DNA of 64,000 nt, taken from contig CAWFSF010000006.1 in NCBI GenBank assembly GCA_963818475.1, forward strand, positions 992,001 through 1,056,000, in the 5' to 3' direction. Numbering within the stretch: position 1 is the stretch's first letter; each line of letters starts with the position of its first letter. The notes below the pieces were generated by a model. The model searched no databases, was not told the DNA's origin, and saw only the letters and a list, made by a program, of their open reading frames with translations. Positions 38,561 through 51,647 of the stretch are shown piece after piece. Both the position numbers and the translations under genes were made by a program. The stretch comes from Nitrospirota bacterium (GTDB taxonomy: Bacteria; Nitrospirota; UBA9217).

Positions 38561-39421
38561 TCAAAATTTAAGGCTTCCCATGCCCATGACCTTGCCTGAA
38601 TCACCGTATCCAGGTCTCGCCTTATGCTGAAACTGGGTGCCGATTGTCAGGTTCACGCTCTCGCTCACCATTCGCAGCCCATACGAAATTGCCGTATAGT
38701 CCAGTCCGTAGACATTGACAACATCCTTGCCGCCGACAAATCCGTACTCTAAGAACAGCTGCAGGTTCCTTTGCTTGCTTATGGGCAGCAGTATACCGGC
38801 ATTCAGGCAGCCATACCTGTCTCTATACCGGGCGTCTGACAGATCGTGAAGGGCGATAGAGGCATCAGCATATATACCGAGGATGCGCTCTTCCCACGAT
38901 ATCTCGCTTCCTGCGGAGATCCCTATGTGTGCGCCCCAATTCTTCACCTGAGTGAACTCGCTCTTATTGTCTTCTGGCGGGAATATAGCCGTTAACATGA
39001 TTGCCACGGCCGGTTTGGCTGAATATTCCTGCTGAGGCATAAAATTCCATTTATATGAGACTTCCGCATTTCCGATGCTGCGCGTTTTTTGGATCGCAGA
39101 GGTTCCTGTTTGCTGAGTAAAATAGGTCGACCTGAAGGAAAGCTCCATATCATGTCCGATCCCGGCAGCGATAACATACATATATTCATTGAGCTTATAG
39201 GCAGGTATGGCACTATCTTCAGATATGGAAGCTAATCCGGTTTCAATAATACCTGGCGCCAGTGTGTAGGGTGTCGTTGTATAAAGGAGCCCCGTAAGAC
39301 CGCTGGTATTGATCGGACGGTTCACCATTTCGAGTTCCTCGGCATGCAGGCCGGCAGCCGGCGTGAGGAATATCCCAAACAGCGCCGTCAGGATGAGAAT
39401 TTGGCGAGAAGAGAAAATCAT
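38561..39421 (-). CDS. Putative outer-membrane beta-barrel protein (YjbH-like N-terminal motif)
   Basis: Signal peptide, GLTGL motif, alternating beta strands, terminal Phe; paralog of 42204-43421. Confidence 0.6.
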   Translation of the reverse strand: MIFSSRQILILTALFGIFLTPAAGLHAEELEMVNRPINTSGLTGLLYTTTPYTLAPGIIETGLASISEDSAIPAYKLNEYMYVIAAGIGHDMELSFRSTYFTQQTGTSAIQKTRSIGNAEVSYKWNFMPQQEYSAKPAVAIMLTAIFPPEDNKSEFTQVKNWGAHIGISAGSEISWEERILGIYADASIALHDLSDARYRDRYGCLNAGILLPISKQRNLQLFLEYGFVGGKDVVNVYGLDYTAISYGLRMVSESVNLTIGTQFQHKARPGYGDSGKVMGMGSLKF

Positions 39422-39580
39422 TATTTACCTATACCTCGAGTTAAGTCTTTTTACACCGATAACGGCGGAGTAGGGAAAAAGAATCAGAGAAACGGATAAA
39501 TGCGGATTTTGTTATGTATGAAGCATCCATGCCGCCAAGTTGACGCAACGGCCAATGAAAATCCCTCACCCTGCCCTGCT

Positions 39581-40702
39581 TCAGCGCTTGTAGTTCTTCT
39601 CGATCCAGTTCAGGTATTCCTTGTTCCTGATGCTGTTCACCCATGCGCCGTTGTTCAGGAACCAGGCGATCGTGTCCTGCAGCCCAGATTCAAAATCGTG
39701 TTTCTGGGTCCACCCGAGCGTTTTTTTGATTTTATCGCAATTGATGGCATATCGACGGTCATGCCCGGGTCGGTCCTTTACGAAGGTAACCAGGTCCCGG
39801 TAGTGCTTGACAGCAGGCATTGCACGCTTGATGTGCGGGTTTTCCTGACTGGGATGCATTTTTTCGAGCAGGCCGCAGACATCCTCTATGATGTCTATAT
39901 TCTTTTTTTCGCATTCACCGCCGATATTGTACGTTTCCCCGATGACCCCTTTCAACAGGATCAGCCAGATGGCTTCACAGTGGTCATCGACATAGAGCCA
40001 GTCTCTCACATTCTTCCCGTCACCGTAGACCGGAAGATCTTTGCCTTCCACGGCATTCAGGATCATCAGGGGGATGAGCTTTTCAGGGAACTGGTACGGC
40101 CCGTAATTGTTCGAGCAGTTCGATATCGTGACCGGCATTCCGTACGTGTGATGATAGGCCCTGACGATATGGTCCGATGCCGCCTTTGAGGCTGAGTAGG
40201 GGCTTCTGGGGTCGTACGGCGTGGTTTCGTAAAAATACCCCTCCTCGCCCAGTGACCCGTAGACCTCATCCGTGCTGATATGATGAAACCGTACGTCGGT
40301 CCTCTCTTTCCAGAACTGCCGCGAGGCTTCGAGCAGCGTGAAGGTGCCGTTGACGTTGGTCTCGATAAAATCTTTCGGCCCGACGATGGAACGGTCCACA
40401 TGGCTTTCTGCTGCAAAGTGCACGATGACATTGATCTCGTAGGTCTTGAGCACGTGCTCCACCCGGGTGTGGTCGCAAATGTCGCCACGCTCGAAGAGGT
40501 AACGGGTGGCGCCGAATTTCCTGTTGATATCCTCGAGGTTCAGCAGGTTCCCGGCATAGGTCAGTTTGTCATAGTTAATGATCCTGCCGCTGAAGTTCGT
40601 ATGCTCCAGGACGTATCGGATGAAACAGGAGCCGATAAAGCCGGCGCCGCCGGTCACCATGATGTTAGCCGAAGGCAGAAAGTTTGCTCTAACCTCATGC
40701 AT
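39581..40702 (-). CDS. rfbB: dTDP-glucose 4,6-dehydratase
   Basis: TGGAGFIGS, DKLTYAGN, AAESHVDRS, STDEVYG, YSASK. Confidence 0.97.
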   Translation of the reverse strand: MHEVRANFLPSANIMVTGGAGFIGSCFIRYVLEHTNFSGRIINYDKLTYAGNLLNLEDINRKFGATRYLFERGDICDHTRVEHVLKTYEINVIVHFAAESHVDRSIVGPKDFIETNVNGTFTLLEASRQFWKERTDVRFHHISTDEVYGSLGEEGYFYETTPYDPRSPYSASKAASDHIVRAYHHTYGMPVTISNCSNNYGPYQFPEKLIPLMILNAVEGKDLPVYGDGKNVRDWLYVDDHCEAIWLILLKGVIGETYNIGGECEKKNIDIIEDVCGLLEKMHPSQENPHIKRAMPAVKHYRDLVTFVKDRPGHDRRYAINCDKIKKTLGWTQKHDFESGLQDTIAWFLNNGAWVNSIRNKEYLNWIEKNYKR

Positions 40703-41552
40703 GAGGGGTATTCCTTTCCCGTATAAATGATGTGACCGCCTCCTGCCACGTAGGGATGCTTATGTTGAGGAGGCGGCATATCTGCTCGTTGCTCATAGCG
40801 GAAAATCCCGGGCGTCGGGCGGGCAGATTGAAACTGTCCATGGAAACCGGCCTGATGAACTTATTGATGCCCGATTCGGCGAGAATGTATTTTGCCCACT
40901 CATAGCGGGAACAATAACCGCTGTTCGTAAGGTGGTAGAGGCCGAAGGCACCCTGCTCCAGCGCCGCCATCGTCACCTTGACGACCGTATGGGTATAGGT
41001 TGGCACGGAGAACTCATCACAGGCGATCTTCAAAAAAGCATTGTTCTGCGACCACTCCGAAAGTTTATGGATGAAGTTCTGCTTCCCCTCCCCAAAAACC
41101 CAGCTCAATCTGAAGAGGAGATGTTTGTCCGTTCCTTCCTGAACAAGCCGCTCCCCTTCCCGTTTGCTCTCGCCGTATACGTTCAGGGGGTTGACCGGGT
41201 CCTGTTCCGTATACAGGCCATTCTCCTTGGCGCCGTCGAAAACGTAGTCCGATCCGAAGTGCACCAGAACAGCATTGTTTTTACTGGCTGCGGCAGCCAG
41301 GATCCCAGGGCCTTCAGCGTTGACGGAGAAAGCTTTTGCGCGGTCTTGCTCGGCTTTATCAACGAGGTTATAGGCTGCGCAATTGATGATCACGTCCGGT
41401 TTATAGGACCCGACGGCTTCAAATACCGCAGCGCGGTTGGTAATATCAAAAGCAGCCTCGTCAGGCGCAAGGAACTCCGCAGCTCGTCGATCGAACTCCT
41501 GCTGAAAGGCGCGTGCGAGCTGCCCGTTTTTTCCGGTGATAAGATATCTCAT
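40695..41552 (-). CDS. rfbD: dTDP-4-dehydrorhamnose reductase
   Basis: TG.NGQL, VDKAE, DYVFDG, YGESK. Confidence 0.95.
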   Translation of the reverse strand: MRYLITGKNGQLARAFQQEFDRRAAEFLAPDEAAFDITNRAAVFEAVGSYKPDVIINCAAYNLVDKAEQDRAKAFSVNAEGPGILAAAASKNNAVLVHFGSDYVFDGAKENGLYTEQDPVNPLNVYGESKREGERLVQEGTDKHLLFRLSWVFGEGKQNFIHKLSEWSQNNAFLKIACDEFSVPTYTHTVVKVTMAALEQGAFGLYHLTNSGYCSRYEWAKYILAESGINKFIRPVSMDSFNLPARRPGFSAMSNEQICRLLNISIPTWQEAVTSFIRERNTPHA

Positions 41553-41564
41553 AGTGGTCGTCGG

Positions 41565-42119
41565 TCAGACCTCAAAGTTGTTGTCTGCATCCTTGAGCAA
41601 GGGAAGGACCTTATCTTTTGTTGAAAGGAGCGGATCGGCCAGCGGCCAATGAATGGCGATATCCGGGTCATTCCATATAATGCCGCGGTCTGCGGCGGGA
41701 TAATATTCGGCAGTACACTTGTAGAAAACTTCGGCAAAATCACTAAGAACCTGGAACCCGTGCGCAAATCCCGACGGCACAAAGAGCAGGTGGTTGTTTT
41801 CTTCCGTAAGCTCGGCGCCGACCCATTTGCCGTAAGTAGGAGAACCTTTTCTGATGTCCACCGCCACATCGAAGATCCTCCCTTTCACGCAGCGCACCAG
41901 CTTGCCCTGGCCATAGGGGTGTTTCTGGTAATGGAGCCCCCGCAGGACCCCTTTTTCCGAGCGGGAGTAGTTGTCCTGCGTAAAGTGTTCCGCTATCCCC
42001 GCCTGTATGAAGTCAGAGTGTTTGTAGGTCTCGAGAAAGAAACCTCTCCCGTCCTGAAAAAACTTTGGTTCGACGAGCTGCACATCGGGAATAGATAATT
42101 TTGTAAAGATAAATGGCAT
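41565..42119 (-). CDS. rfbC: dTDP-4-dehydrorhamnose 3,5-epimerase
   Basis: D.RGFF.E, LRGLHYQ, DVAVDIR, GFAHGF. Confidence 0.96.
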   Translation of the reverse strand: MPFIFTKLSIPDVQLVEPKFFQDGRGFFLETYKHSDFIQAGIAEHFTQDNYSRSEKGVLRGLHYQKHPYGQGKLVRCVKGRIFDVAVDIRKGSPTYGKWVGAELTEENNHLLFVPSGFAHGFQVLSDFAEVFYKCTAEYYPAADRGIIWNDPDIAIHWPLADPLLSTKDKVLPLLKDADNNFEV

Positions 42120-42203
42120 AGGCGGCAAAAATCCTAAATTTTGATTTTAATGCGTATGTTTTGTCAGTGAACAATGAAAGAACGCAGCGCGCACGATCTA
42201 CTA

Positions 42204-43421
42204 TTAAAATTGATAACTGGCTGTGCCGATCCACCGGACCGTATCTTCGTGCCCGTTCGAGTCCTTGCGCAGGAACTGCGCGCCGGCGGTGAAACTCAGC
42301 GTGTCCGTCACATAGCGGAGCGCCGGCGTGATGCCCAGTTGATCTCCTTCAGCCAGGGCGGTCTTGAAATGCGCTCTACGGAGGGTGTCGTTCAATTCTA
42401 TCATCGCCTGGAAACGGTTATCCGTGCTCAAAGGCAGCAGGACACCGGCATTGATCATGCCATATCGGTCTTGCATGCTGGTTGTATGGCCAGCTGAGAA
42501 GCCATCAATGAACACTGCTTGCGCCTCCAGGTAAATGCCAAGAAAGGAGTCATCCGAGATCCTTGTCTCCGACGTCGCCAGAGCCATGACCTTCACACCC
42601 CAGTCCGTTACATCATTCAGGCCTTTTGAATCGCTTGCCGTGGGCATGATCCCTGCCAGGCCGACAGCCAATTCCGGAAACGTTGCGCTATGCGTATCCC
42701 ATCGCCATTTAACGGCTAATTCTGTATCTCCGAAACCGCTTTCACTCGTGTTCGGAGTGGTGCGGCCGTAGTCGACATACTTCGCTTTAATGCCTGCCTC
42801 GAGCGTCTCCGTTATGCCGAACGTAAGCGTTATGGGCGTCTGGATAATGCGATAATCCGGTTTGCTGCTGTCTTCGAACAGGACTGATCCGCCGACTGCG
42901 AGTGTGCCGGCCGGCCGGGTGAAGGCGGAGTTCGTCACCATGAGGCCGGTAAGGCCCTGGATATTGGGCGGGCGGTTAATTACCAGTATAACCTCTTCTG
43001 CGCGTCTTTCCCTGCTGAACAGATCGCTTTCCTGGTCATGCGTATCGATCTTATCCGCTCTCGGGGAGTCCTGGCCTCGTTTCGTCCCGCCATACGTATC
43101 AGCTTCCCTGCCCTTGGAGTCCGGTGATGCTGTAAACGAGCTTTTGTCGCCGCGCCCTACGCCATACAGGTCGGTGCTTTGATCCTTTGAAAGCGGTTCT
43201 GCTCCTGAAGAGGTGTTCTCCCCCCGTCCGGTCCCATACAAATCAGTGCTTTTGTCGCTTGATGTAGACGGCGGCTCTGCATTTGTATTCCGATCGCGTC
43301 CGCTATCGTATAGGTCGGCGCTGTCTGCCCTGTCCTGGGCCAGGGATATGCTGTTCGTTCCGAGGAGACAACTCATGCAGAAGAATAAAAGAACAGCTCT
43401 TGCCGGTATCCTGTCAAACAT
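42204..43421 (-). CDS. Putative outer-membrane beta-barrel protein with N-terminal 24-aa repeats
   Basis: Signal peptide, five DLY/DTY/DLF repeats, GLTGL motif, GFGDTEL..KW, terminal YQF. Confidence 0.62.
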   Translation of the reverse strand: MFDRIPARAVLLFFCMSCLLGTNSISLAQDRADSADLYDSGRDRNTNAEPPSTSSDKSTDLYGTGRGENTSSGAEPLSKDQSTDLYGVGRGDKSSFTASPDSKGREADTYGGTKRGQDSPRADKIDTHDQESDLFSRERRAEEVILVINRPPNIQGLTGLMVTNSAFTRPAGTLAVGGSVLFEDSSKPDYRIIQTPITLTFGITETLEAGIKAKYVDYGRTTPNTSESGFGDTELAVKWRWDTHSATFPELAVGLAGIMPTASDSKGLNDVTDWGVKVMALATSETRISDDSFLGIYLEAQAVFIDGFSAGHTTSMQDRYGMINAGVLLPLSTDNRFQAMIELNDTLRRAHFKTALAEGDQLGITPALRYVTDTLSFTAGAQFLRKDSNGHEDTVRWIGTASYQF

Positions 43422-43662
43422 CTATTCTCCCTCATGGCATAGTGCTATTTATGCCGGATGTTCAATGTGTTGCAGAGCTTACTATATCAAAGGACCTGTG
43501 TAAAATCAATGAGTTTGTTGGTGTTTCTTTGATGTGTGTTTAAGGCGTGTTTTAAGTAATGACCACACCGTCGGATGGGGGGAGAAAGCGGCTTCACGCC
43601 TGATAGCTTGCGCATTGCGCGGTACAGAAGCTTCTGGACAAAAAAGATCTTTCTTTCCTGTC

Positions 43663-46091
<2,429 letters not shown>

Positions 46092-46150
46092 TGCTCATAC
46101 CTTCCTCGCTCAGGAACACTTTGGCATCAAGGGATTTCGAGTAAAGAACG

Positions 46151-47014
46151 TTACAAAGAGATTATTCGTACTTTATCCCACATCACGTGCGCATCGGCTG
46201 TTCTCAGATCGACCATATGAAAATCAGCCAGGAGTTTATCAAGCTTTCCATGAGCTGCCTTCAATCCGTAATATGACTTGAATCTTCTCACAATCGATAG
46301 CTCGGGGATAACCGGCTGTGCGTCGTCAAAATCTCTCGGGTGAAAGTAAGTCATTACATATGGCGATTTATTCATCATATGTTTGATCGCCCGGTAGGGG
46401 AACAACCTAAAATAGCCACCACCCGAAAATACGATCTCCTGATGAATAAACGGATACGTATTGATAGGAAATTCTTTAATTCTCCGGCCCTGTATATCAA
46501 TAATAGCGGGCTCCGAAGAGCCATATGCCGAAAAACCGCCATGTGCCCTCTTGGCGGGAAAGACGGAGCAGTCAATTTCAATACCCAGATCGATCAATAT
46601 CTCCAAGGCCCACTGATCTGCACGGCCAATGGAGAAACCGGGAGCTCTGAATGCACGCACCTTTTCCCCGACACAATCTTCAAGTACTTTTATCGAATAC
46701 TCGATATCATTTCTGAAGTGATCTGGAGTTTGTTCATAGACAAGCTGGTGCATGTGAGAATGCGTCGCGATTTCATGTCCCTGCTGCGCAATGTTACGGA
46801 TAACACCCGGATATTTTTTAGCGACCCAACCGAGGCAGAAAAAAGTTGCCTTCTGATTATGATGGTCGAGTAGTTCCAATATCAGTGAATGATTCCTGAG
46901 AATCCGCCCGTCATATTTTGCCCAATCCGTATCAGTCCTTGTTGAAGCATTGTCGAGGAGATGGAACCACTCCTCAAGATCGAAGGTCAATATATGCAAG
47001 TCGTTACCTGACAT
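46151..47014 (-). CDS. Polysaccharide deacetylase (CE4 plus DUF3473 type)
   Basis: TFDLEEWFH, ATFF.LGW, HE.A.HS..H, FRAPGFS, GGGYFRL, YFHP. Confidence 0.9.
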   Translation of the reverse strand: MSGNDLHILTFDLEEWFHLLDNASTRTDTDWAKYDGRILRNHSLILELLDHHNQKATFFCLGWVAKKYPGVIRNIAQQGHEIATHSHMHQLVYEQTPDHFRNDIEYSIKVLEDCVGEKVRAFRAPGFSIGRADQWALEILIDLGIEIDCSVFPAKRAHGGFSAYGSSEPAIIDIQGRRIKEFPINTYPFIHQEIVFSGGGYFRLFPYRAIKHMMNKSPYVMTYFHPRDFDDAQPVIPELSIVRRFKSYYGLKAAHGKLDKLLADFHMVDLRTADAHVMWDKVRIISL

Positions 47015-47987
47015 CGAAATTAGATAAATTAACGGCCCAATTATTGATGTCGAAGATATTCTTGTCTACCTTGTCATCCAACAATATTTTACCGGCCATG
47101 TGCATTACCCGCGGCTGAAATCGTTTTGGCACCTCATAGAGATTAATCGGCTTAAACGGTAAACGTCCGACATACATGATGATATCGATATTGTGCTTTT
47201 CTTCATCATAAATATGTTTCACGGTGCTTTCGAAAAATATTTTCGACACAGGAGTTACATCAAGAATATAGGCGACTCTCACCCTTTTCTCAGTTTCGAT
47301 CTTGTAAACAGATACACAATCTGCATTAACTTTTATTATCTTAATATCCTCATGGTTATACCTGTACTTCACGAATTGCCCATCGCGCACGATGTGAATG
47401 TTGTGCTTCATATGCGGCCCAATACAGGTGCTCGAGCGAAGTTTTCCGATAGTATTAGGAATAGTATTAATTAATCTTGCATATGCCCTTGGCAGGAAAT
47501 TAAAGGTAGTCATGCCTTTTTTGAGAGCCTGGAACGTGACAGGCAATATGTAAAAGTTAAGCACTCCAATATCGTCCCATTTCAGCAGTCTTTTTCGCAC
47601 TAAATATACTTTGTCGTTGGGGAAGCCAAACACAAAGGGGATGTCTTTTTGTTTCAGCGCGTCATAGACCATACCAGTCATTTTCTTCAAATTGAAAGGA
47701 TTTCCTCTATAGGCTTCATCTATCATCGTGTCAACAGATAAAGCGAAAATAACTTCGCGTTGGAAGTACCGATATTTAAAAGGTATTGATGAGTCACATC
47801 CGACAATAATATCATTATCACTCATAATCCCATGAAATGAATAACCCAGTATTGTGTTTTCATATTTTTTGCGAAAATCTTCAAGGGTCATCGTTTTGCC
47901 AAAGACCCGCCTGAACAAGTCGCAAAAATTCAACTTCTCGTCATAGGTCAATTGGTCTGTTGTTTTGATCATATACTTCATCAGCAT
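47004..47987 (-). CDS. GNAT-family acyltransferase
   Basis: DTM....YRG, F.FGFPN motif of EPS-locus GNATs. Confidence 0.7.
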   Translation of the reverse strand: MLMKYMIKTTDQLTYDEKLNFCDLFRRVFGKTMTLEDFRKKYENTILGYSFHGIMSDNDIIVGCDSSIPFKYRYFQREVIFALSVDTMIDEAYRGNPFNLKKMTGMVYDALKQKDIPFVFGFPNDKVYLVRKRLLKWDDIGVLNFYILPVTFQALKKGMTTFNFLPRAYARLINTIPNTIGKLRSSTCIGPHMKHNIHIVRDGQFVKYRYNHEDIKIIKVNADCVSVYKIETEKRVRVAYILDVTPVSKIFFESTVKHIYDEEKHNIDIIMYVGRLPFKPINLYEVPKRFQPRVMHMAGKILLDDKVDKNIFDINNWAVNLSNFDVR

Positions 47988-48199
47988 TATTTTCCTGTTG
48001 TGACTAGCTTATTCCCGTGCCAGGTGCCAGCGTGTCGCAGACTCATCTGTTAAACCGTTTCATTTTCCAAGTGCATCTTTTTAAAATCATAACGATATAA
48101 TGTAGATACTGTTAACGAAATCCACTCCCGAAGTCTCAGTATTCTCAGCCACATTGCCAAGAGTTGCAGCGGTCTTCTCTGGCAGATAGTGGATTTTAT

Positions 48200-49345
48200 T
48201 CATCGCGATCTTGTACCTTTTTGGGGAATACTTTGCAATAAATCATCATACCTGCTCGCTATTCTGTCCCAATTATAATATTGTTGTACCCTATCAATAC
48301 CGAATTGTTTCACTTTTTTGCGTGAGTCCGTCCTTAATTGGCCGACAGTCTCGATCGCTTCTCGCAAGTCTTCCCTGTTGCTGAAATAGAACATTCGAGA
48401 AGCTGTTACCTCGCGATTGAAGATATTATCATGACAGATGCAGATATTACCAGAACCCAGAGCTTCCAGCAATGATGGGTTGGTACCTCCGACGGAATGC
48501 CCATGAATATAGGCCGAGCATGAATAGCGCAGCGCCTGTAATTCACTGCGATCATATATTCCTCCGAGTAAAACCACCTTATCTGAACGATACTTCAATA
48601 TCTTCCGGACATAATCTGTATCCAAAATAGTACCTACAATCACCAATGGTAGAACGGTCTCGGCATTAAGATAACCTTCAACAATCATTCTAATATTGTT
48701 TTCCGGCTCAAGCCGAGAAACCACCAGATAGTATTCATTATGCATCAATGAGTACTTGTCAAGTATGGCTTGATCATAAAGATTGTTGGTATACGCTCCG
48801 TATTCAATCAGCGCTATTCTGCGAGGATCGATTTTATAAGTGTCCAGCAGATACGTTCTGATTCCCTGCGAATCCGCGATAATAATGTCGGAACAATTTG
48901 CTGCGAGATATTCCGACATCTTTATGTACAGCCTTTTCAACAACGACCACTTTCCCCTTTTCGATTCCAGGCCGTCGATATTAGTAATGATAAATACATT
49001 GAACAGCTTAGGCAAAAAATAGAATAAAGCCCCGCCCGCCCCGGCCACCAATATCGTATTATTCCTCATCACCGCCTTCAGAATCGAATCAAAATAAAAA
49101 AGCAGTGGATTTCGTGACTTGCTAAAATAAGAATAGGCGATTTTAACGCCATTATAGGCAGCTGTCATGTTGCTTGCACGTTCACAATACACCATTATGT
49201 TATAACCTTCATCCGCGAGTCTCCTCGAGACTTCCTCCGCAAAGGTCTCAAAACCGCCATAAGCTGCCGGAATCCCTCGTGTACCCACGATCGCAAGGCG
49301 AATTCCTGCCGCGTTTTGGCCAGGAGTAACGGTTTTTTTCATCAA
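48200..49345 (-). CDS. GT4 glycosyltransferase (DUF1972 type)
   Basis: GTRGIPA.YGGFETF, R.EPENN, HGHSVGGTNPSLLEA. Confidence 0.92.
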   Translation of the reverse strand: MMKKTVTPGQNAAGIRLAIVGTRGIPAAYGGFETFAEEVSRRLADEGYNIMVYCERASNMTAAYNGVKIAYSYFSKSRNPLLFYFDSILKAVMRNNTILVAGAGGALFYFLPKLFNVFIITNIDGLESKRGKWSLLKRLYIKMSEYLAANCSDIIIADSQGIRTYLLDTYKIDPRRIALIEYGAYTNNLYDQAILDKYSLMHNEYYLVVSRLEPENNIRMIVEGYLNAETVLPLVIVGTILDTDYVRKILKYRSDKVVLLGGIYDRSELQALRYSCSAYIHGHSVGGTNPSLLEALGSGNICICHDNIFNREVTASRMFYFSNREDLREAIETVGQLRTDSRKKVKQFGIDRVQQYYNWDRIASRYDDLLQSIPQKGTRSR

Positions 49346-50475
49346 CGCGCACCGGATCGTTCTCGAAGGATCGCCTGCTTTTGATCAGTTATATTTCTCT
49401 TGTAATAACTTCTTAATAATAACCAAGTACTCGTATCGTATCCTTTATACGATAGCTGCCGTTTCGAATCTGCTGAAACAGCCTCATAACGCGGATCCCA
49501 TCCGGTCCATACCGTTTTCCCGCCGAACGCGAAATAAATCCAGCTCCATCCATTTTTCTCGAATATATCTATTGCATCTTTCAGATACTGATCACGGCCG
49601 GGAGCCCAGCGCACCGCACTAAACTCTCCTATATAAACAGGGACTTTGTGTTTTTCCTGAAACTGCTTGAGTGGCAGCACGAACTTCTCCAGCGCGTTTT
49701 TATCCCAGAAGGTCAAATCCATACGGCCCGGGTATGTCAGGGGTTGGTCGCCGAAGTCGGTTATCCCCTGGTGCGTATATTTATGAGGTATATAAACATG
49801 AGCATTATATATTATACGGTTATCGTTCAACAGCGGAAAGTTCTCGTAACCGCCGGGGAACCCCCATGCCCCCGCTGAAACAATCACATACCTTGACCTA
49901 TCGTGTTTTCTCATGGTTTTAAGCATATTGTTAAGTATTTCATTCCACTTTACTGGCAACAGCGATTTATTATCCTTGACCATTACGGGTTCGCTTAAGA
50001 ATTGATAAGCAGACAGTTCCGTGCCTCTTGCTGCAAATTTTTTCGCTGCGAGCGAGACCAGATGGTTTATCTGCTTTATGCATACAGGGTTATCCCAATA
50101 TTCCGGATTCTTTTTGTCGCTGCATTTCGAATCATCCGTAGGAAAGCTGTCGGTCGCAATGATAGCGGTCATTTTATATTTTTTACATTCATTTAATATC
50201 CGGTCGATGAGCTTCAGATTATACAGGAAGGCATCTTCGGACGAAACGTGCAACTGCTCCATGGTTCTCTTTGAAGTGAAATATATTCTCACCGCATTGA
50301 TATTCTGCATGGCCAACTCCTTGACCACGCCGATTTCTTCCTGGGCGATTTCTGCTGGTACGGATATCCCGCGCCATGGCCACATCACAGGATACGATCG
50401 CTCCTGGGCGTATACGTTCCCTGGGAGAACGATCAGGACAACAGCAGAAATAATCATCAGACGTCTTAAACTCAC
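49342..50475 (-). CDS. Secreted GH5-family glycoside hydrolase
   Basis: Signal peptide, N.VRI, SEP acid/base, H.Y.P..YTHQG, YIGEF nucleophile. Confidence 0.85.
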   Translation of the reverse strand: MSLRRLMIISAVVLIVLPGNVYAQERSYPVMWPWRGISVPAEIAQEEIGVVKELAMQNINAVRIYFTSKRTMEQLHVSSEDAFLYNLKLIDRILNECKKYKMTAIIATDSFPTDDSKCSDKKNPEYWDNPVCIKQINHLVSLAAKKFAARGTELSAYQFLSEPVMVKDNKSLLPVKWNEILNNMLKTMRKHDRSRYVIVSAGAWGFPGGYENFPLLNDNRIIYNAHVYIPHKYTHQGITDFGDQPLTYPGRMDLTFWDKNALEKFVLPLKQFQEKHKVPVYIGEFSAVRWAPGRDQYLKDAIDIFEKNGWSWIYFAFGGKTVWTGWDPRYEAVSADSKRQLSYKGYDTSTWLLLRSYYKRNITDQKQAILRERSGAR

Positions 50476-51647
50476 CGTTTACCTCCGGCAGTTAGGAGCA
50501 ATTTACCATAGAGTAATTTTGTTTGCTTGCCTATAAAATCCCAATCATGGTATCTTCGAACATATTCTCTCGCGGCATTTCCCAGAGAAACAGCGCGCGA
50601 TGGATCGCTTAGTATTTCCCGCATCCTTGCCGCCAGATCCTCATTATCTTCCGAGCGAAACAAGAGGCCATTTTCTCCATCACGAATAATCTCTTTCATC
50701 CCCTCAAGGTCGCTCGTAATGACCGGCATTCCGTAGCTCATTGCCATCAGCAGTACACCGCTCTGGTAGATACGTCGATAGGGCAATACTACAACATCGG
50801 ATGCGCCATAATAAAACGGAACCTCCTCATCATGGATATAGCGGATATGGGTGATGCAACGATCGCGAATGCTCTGCCTCTCCATACTCTTCTCATATAT
50901 TGAAAAGTCATTTTTCCAAGGCCTGCCCGCGATCAACAACACCGCATCGGGATGATGCTTCAACACAGTAGGCATCGCATCTATAAGCAAATCCAGGCCC
51001 TTCACCTCTTTGATCTGGCCGAACAACAATAGTACCTTTGCCTGTTCGGGAATATCCAGCACACGACGCGATTCTGCTTGCGAAGGCATGGGGCGATTAG
51101 CGAGCAGGTAATTGCCGTGCGGAATCACCTCAATTACTTCCGGCACCAGCCCGATCCGCTCAATGAGTTCTTTTTTGCTGACCTGGTTGTGCGCGATAAC
51201 CCGATGACCCAAACGATAAACAAAGCGGCTAAGCGTTGGCACCTCCAGTTCTTCCACGAACGATTCCACATCGTGTGCAGTAATCACAACCTTGCGCAGC
51301 AATAACCGCGCAAGCATCACTTGCATCGTTTGTAATGATCCCACATGGAAGAAGTGAAAATGAGCGATGCGACGACCTTCTCGCACTGCGGAAAGCAGTG
51401 CGACCAAGGATCCGTACATGTAGCGCAACCCACGTTTCCACGCGGCATCCGTGCCATAGATGCCGCGAAAAGCATGTCGGACCTCAAACGCAGCATCTTG
51501 GGGAGCAGTTGTTTTCTCACAGGTATATAAGACCACATCAACGCCCGCGCCAGTCAAGCCCTCGCAAAGCCCAAAATCATAATAATCCATGCCACCATGC
51601 CCACCAACAGGCTCAATGATAGCAACTTTCATGCCTCGTCCGCTCAA
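50472..51647 (-). CDS. GT4 glycosyltransferase
   Basis: IPHG, FG.I...KGLD, PY..IYQSGV. Confidence 0.92.
   Translation of the reverse strand: MSGRGMKVAIIEPVGGHGGMDYYDFGLCEGLTGAGVDVVLYTCEKTTAPQDAAFEVRHAFRGIYGTDAAWKRGLRYMYGSLVALLSAVREGRRIAHFHFFHVGSLQTMQVMLARLLLRKVVITAHDVESFVEELEVPTLSRFVYRLGHRVIAHNQVSKKELIERIGLVPEVIEVIPHGNYLLANRPMPSQAESRRVLDIPEQAKVLLLFGQIKEVKGLDLLIDAMPTVLKHHPDAVLLIAGRPWKNDFSIYEKSMERQSIRDRCITHIRYIHDEEVPFYYGASDVVVLPYRRIYQSGVLLMAMSYGMPVITSDLEGMKEIIRDGENGLLFRSEDNEDLAARMREILSDPSRAVSLGNAAREYVRRYHDWDFIGKQTKLLYGKLLLTAGGKR

Noticed and set aside
48087-48203. 38-codon minus-strand ORF coupled to the GT4 stop (MNKIHYLPEK...)
   Set aside because: No recognisable motif; could be a remnant but cannot be supported.
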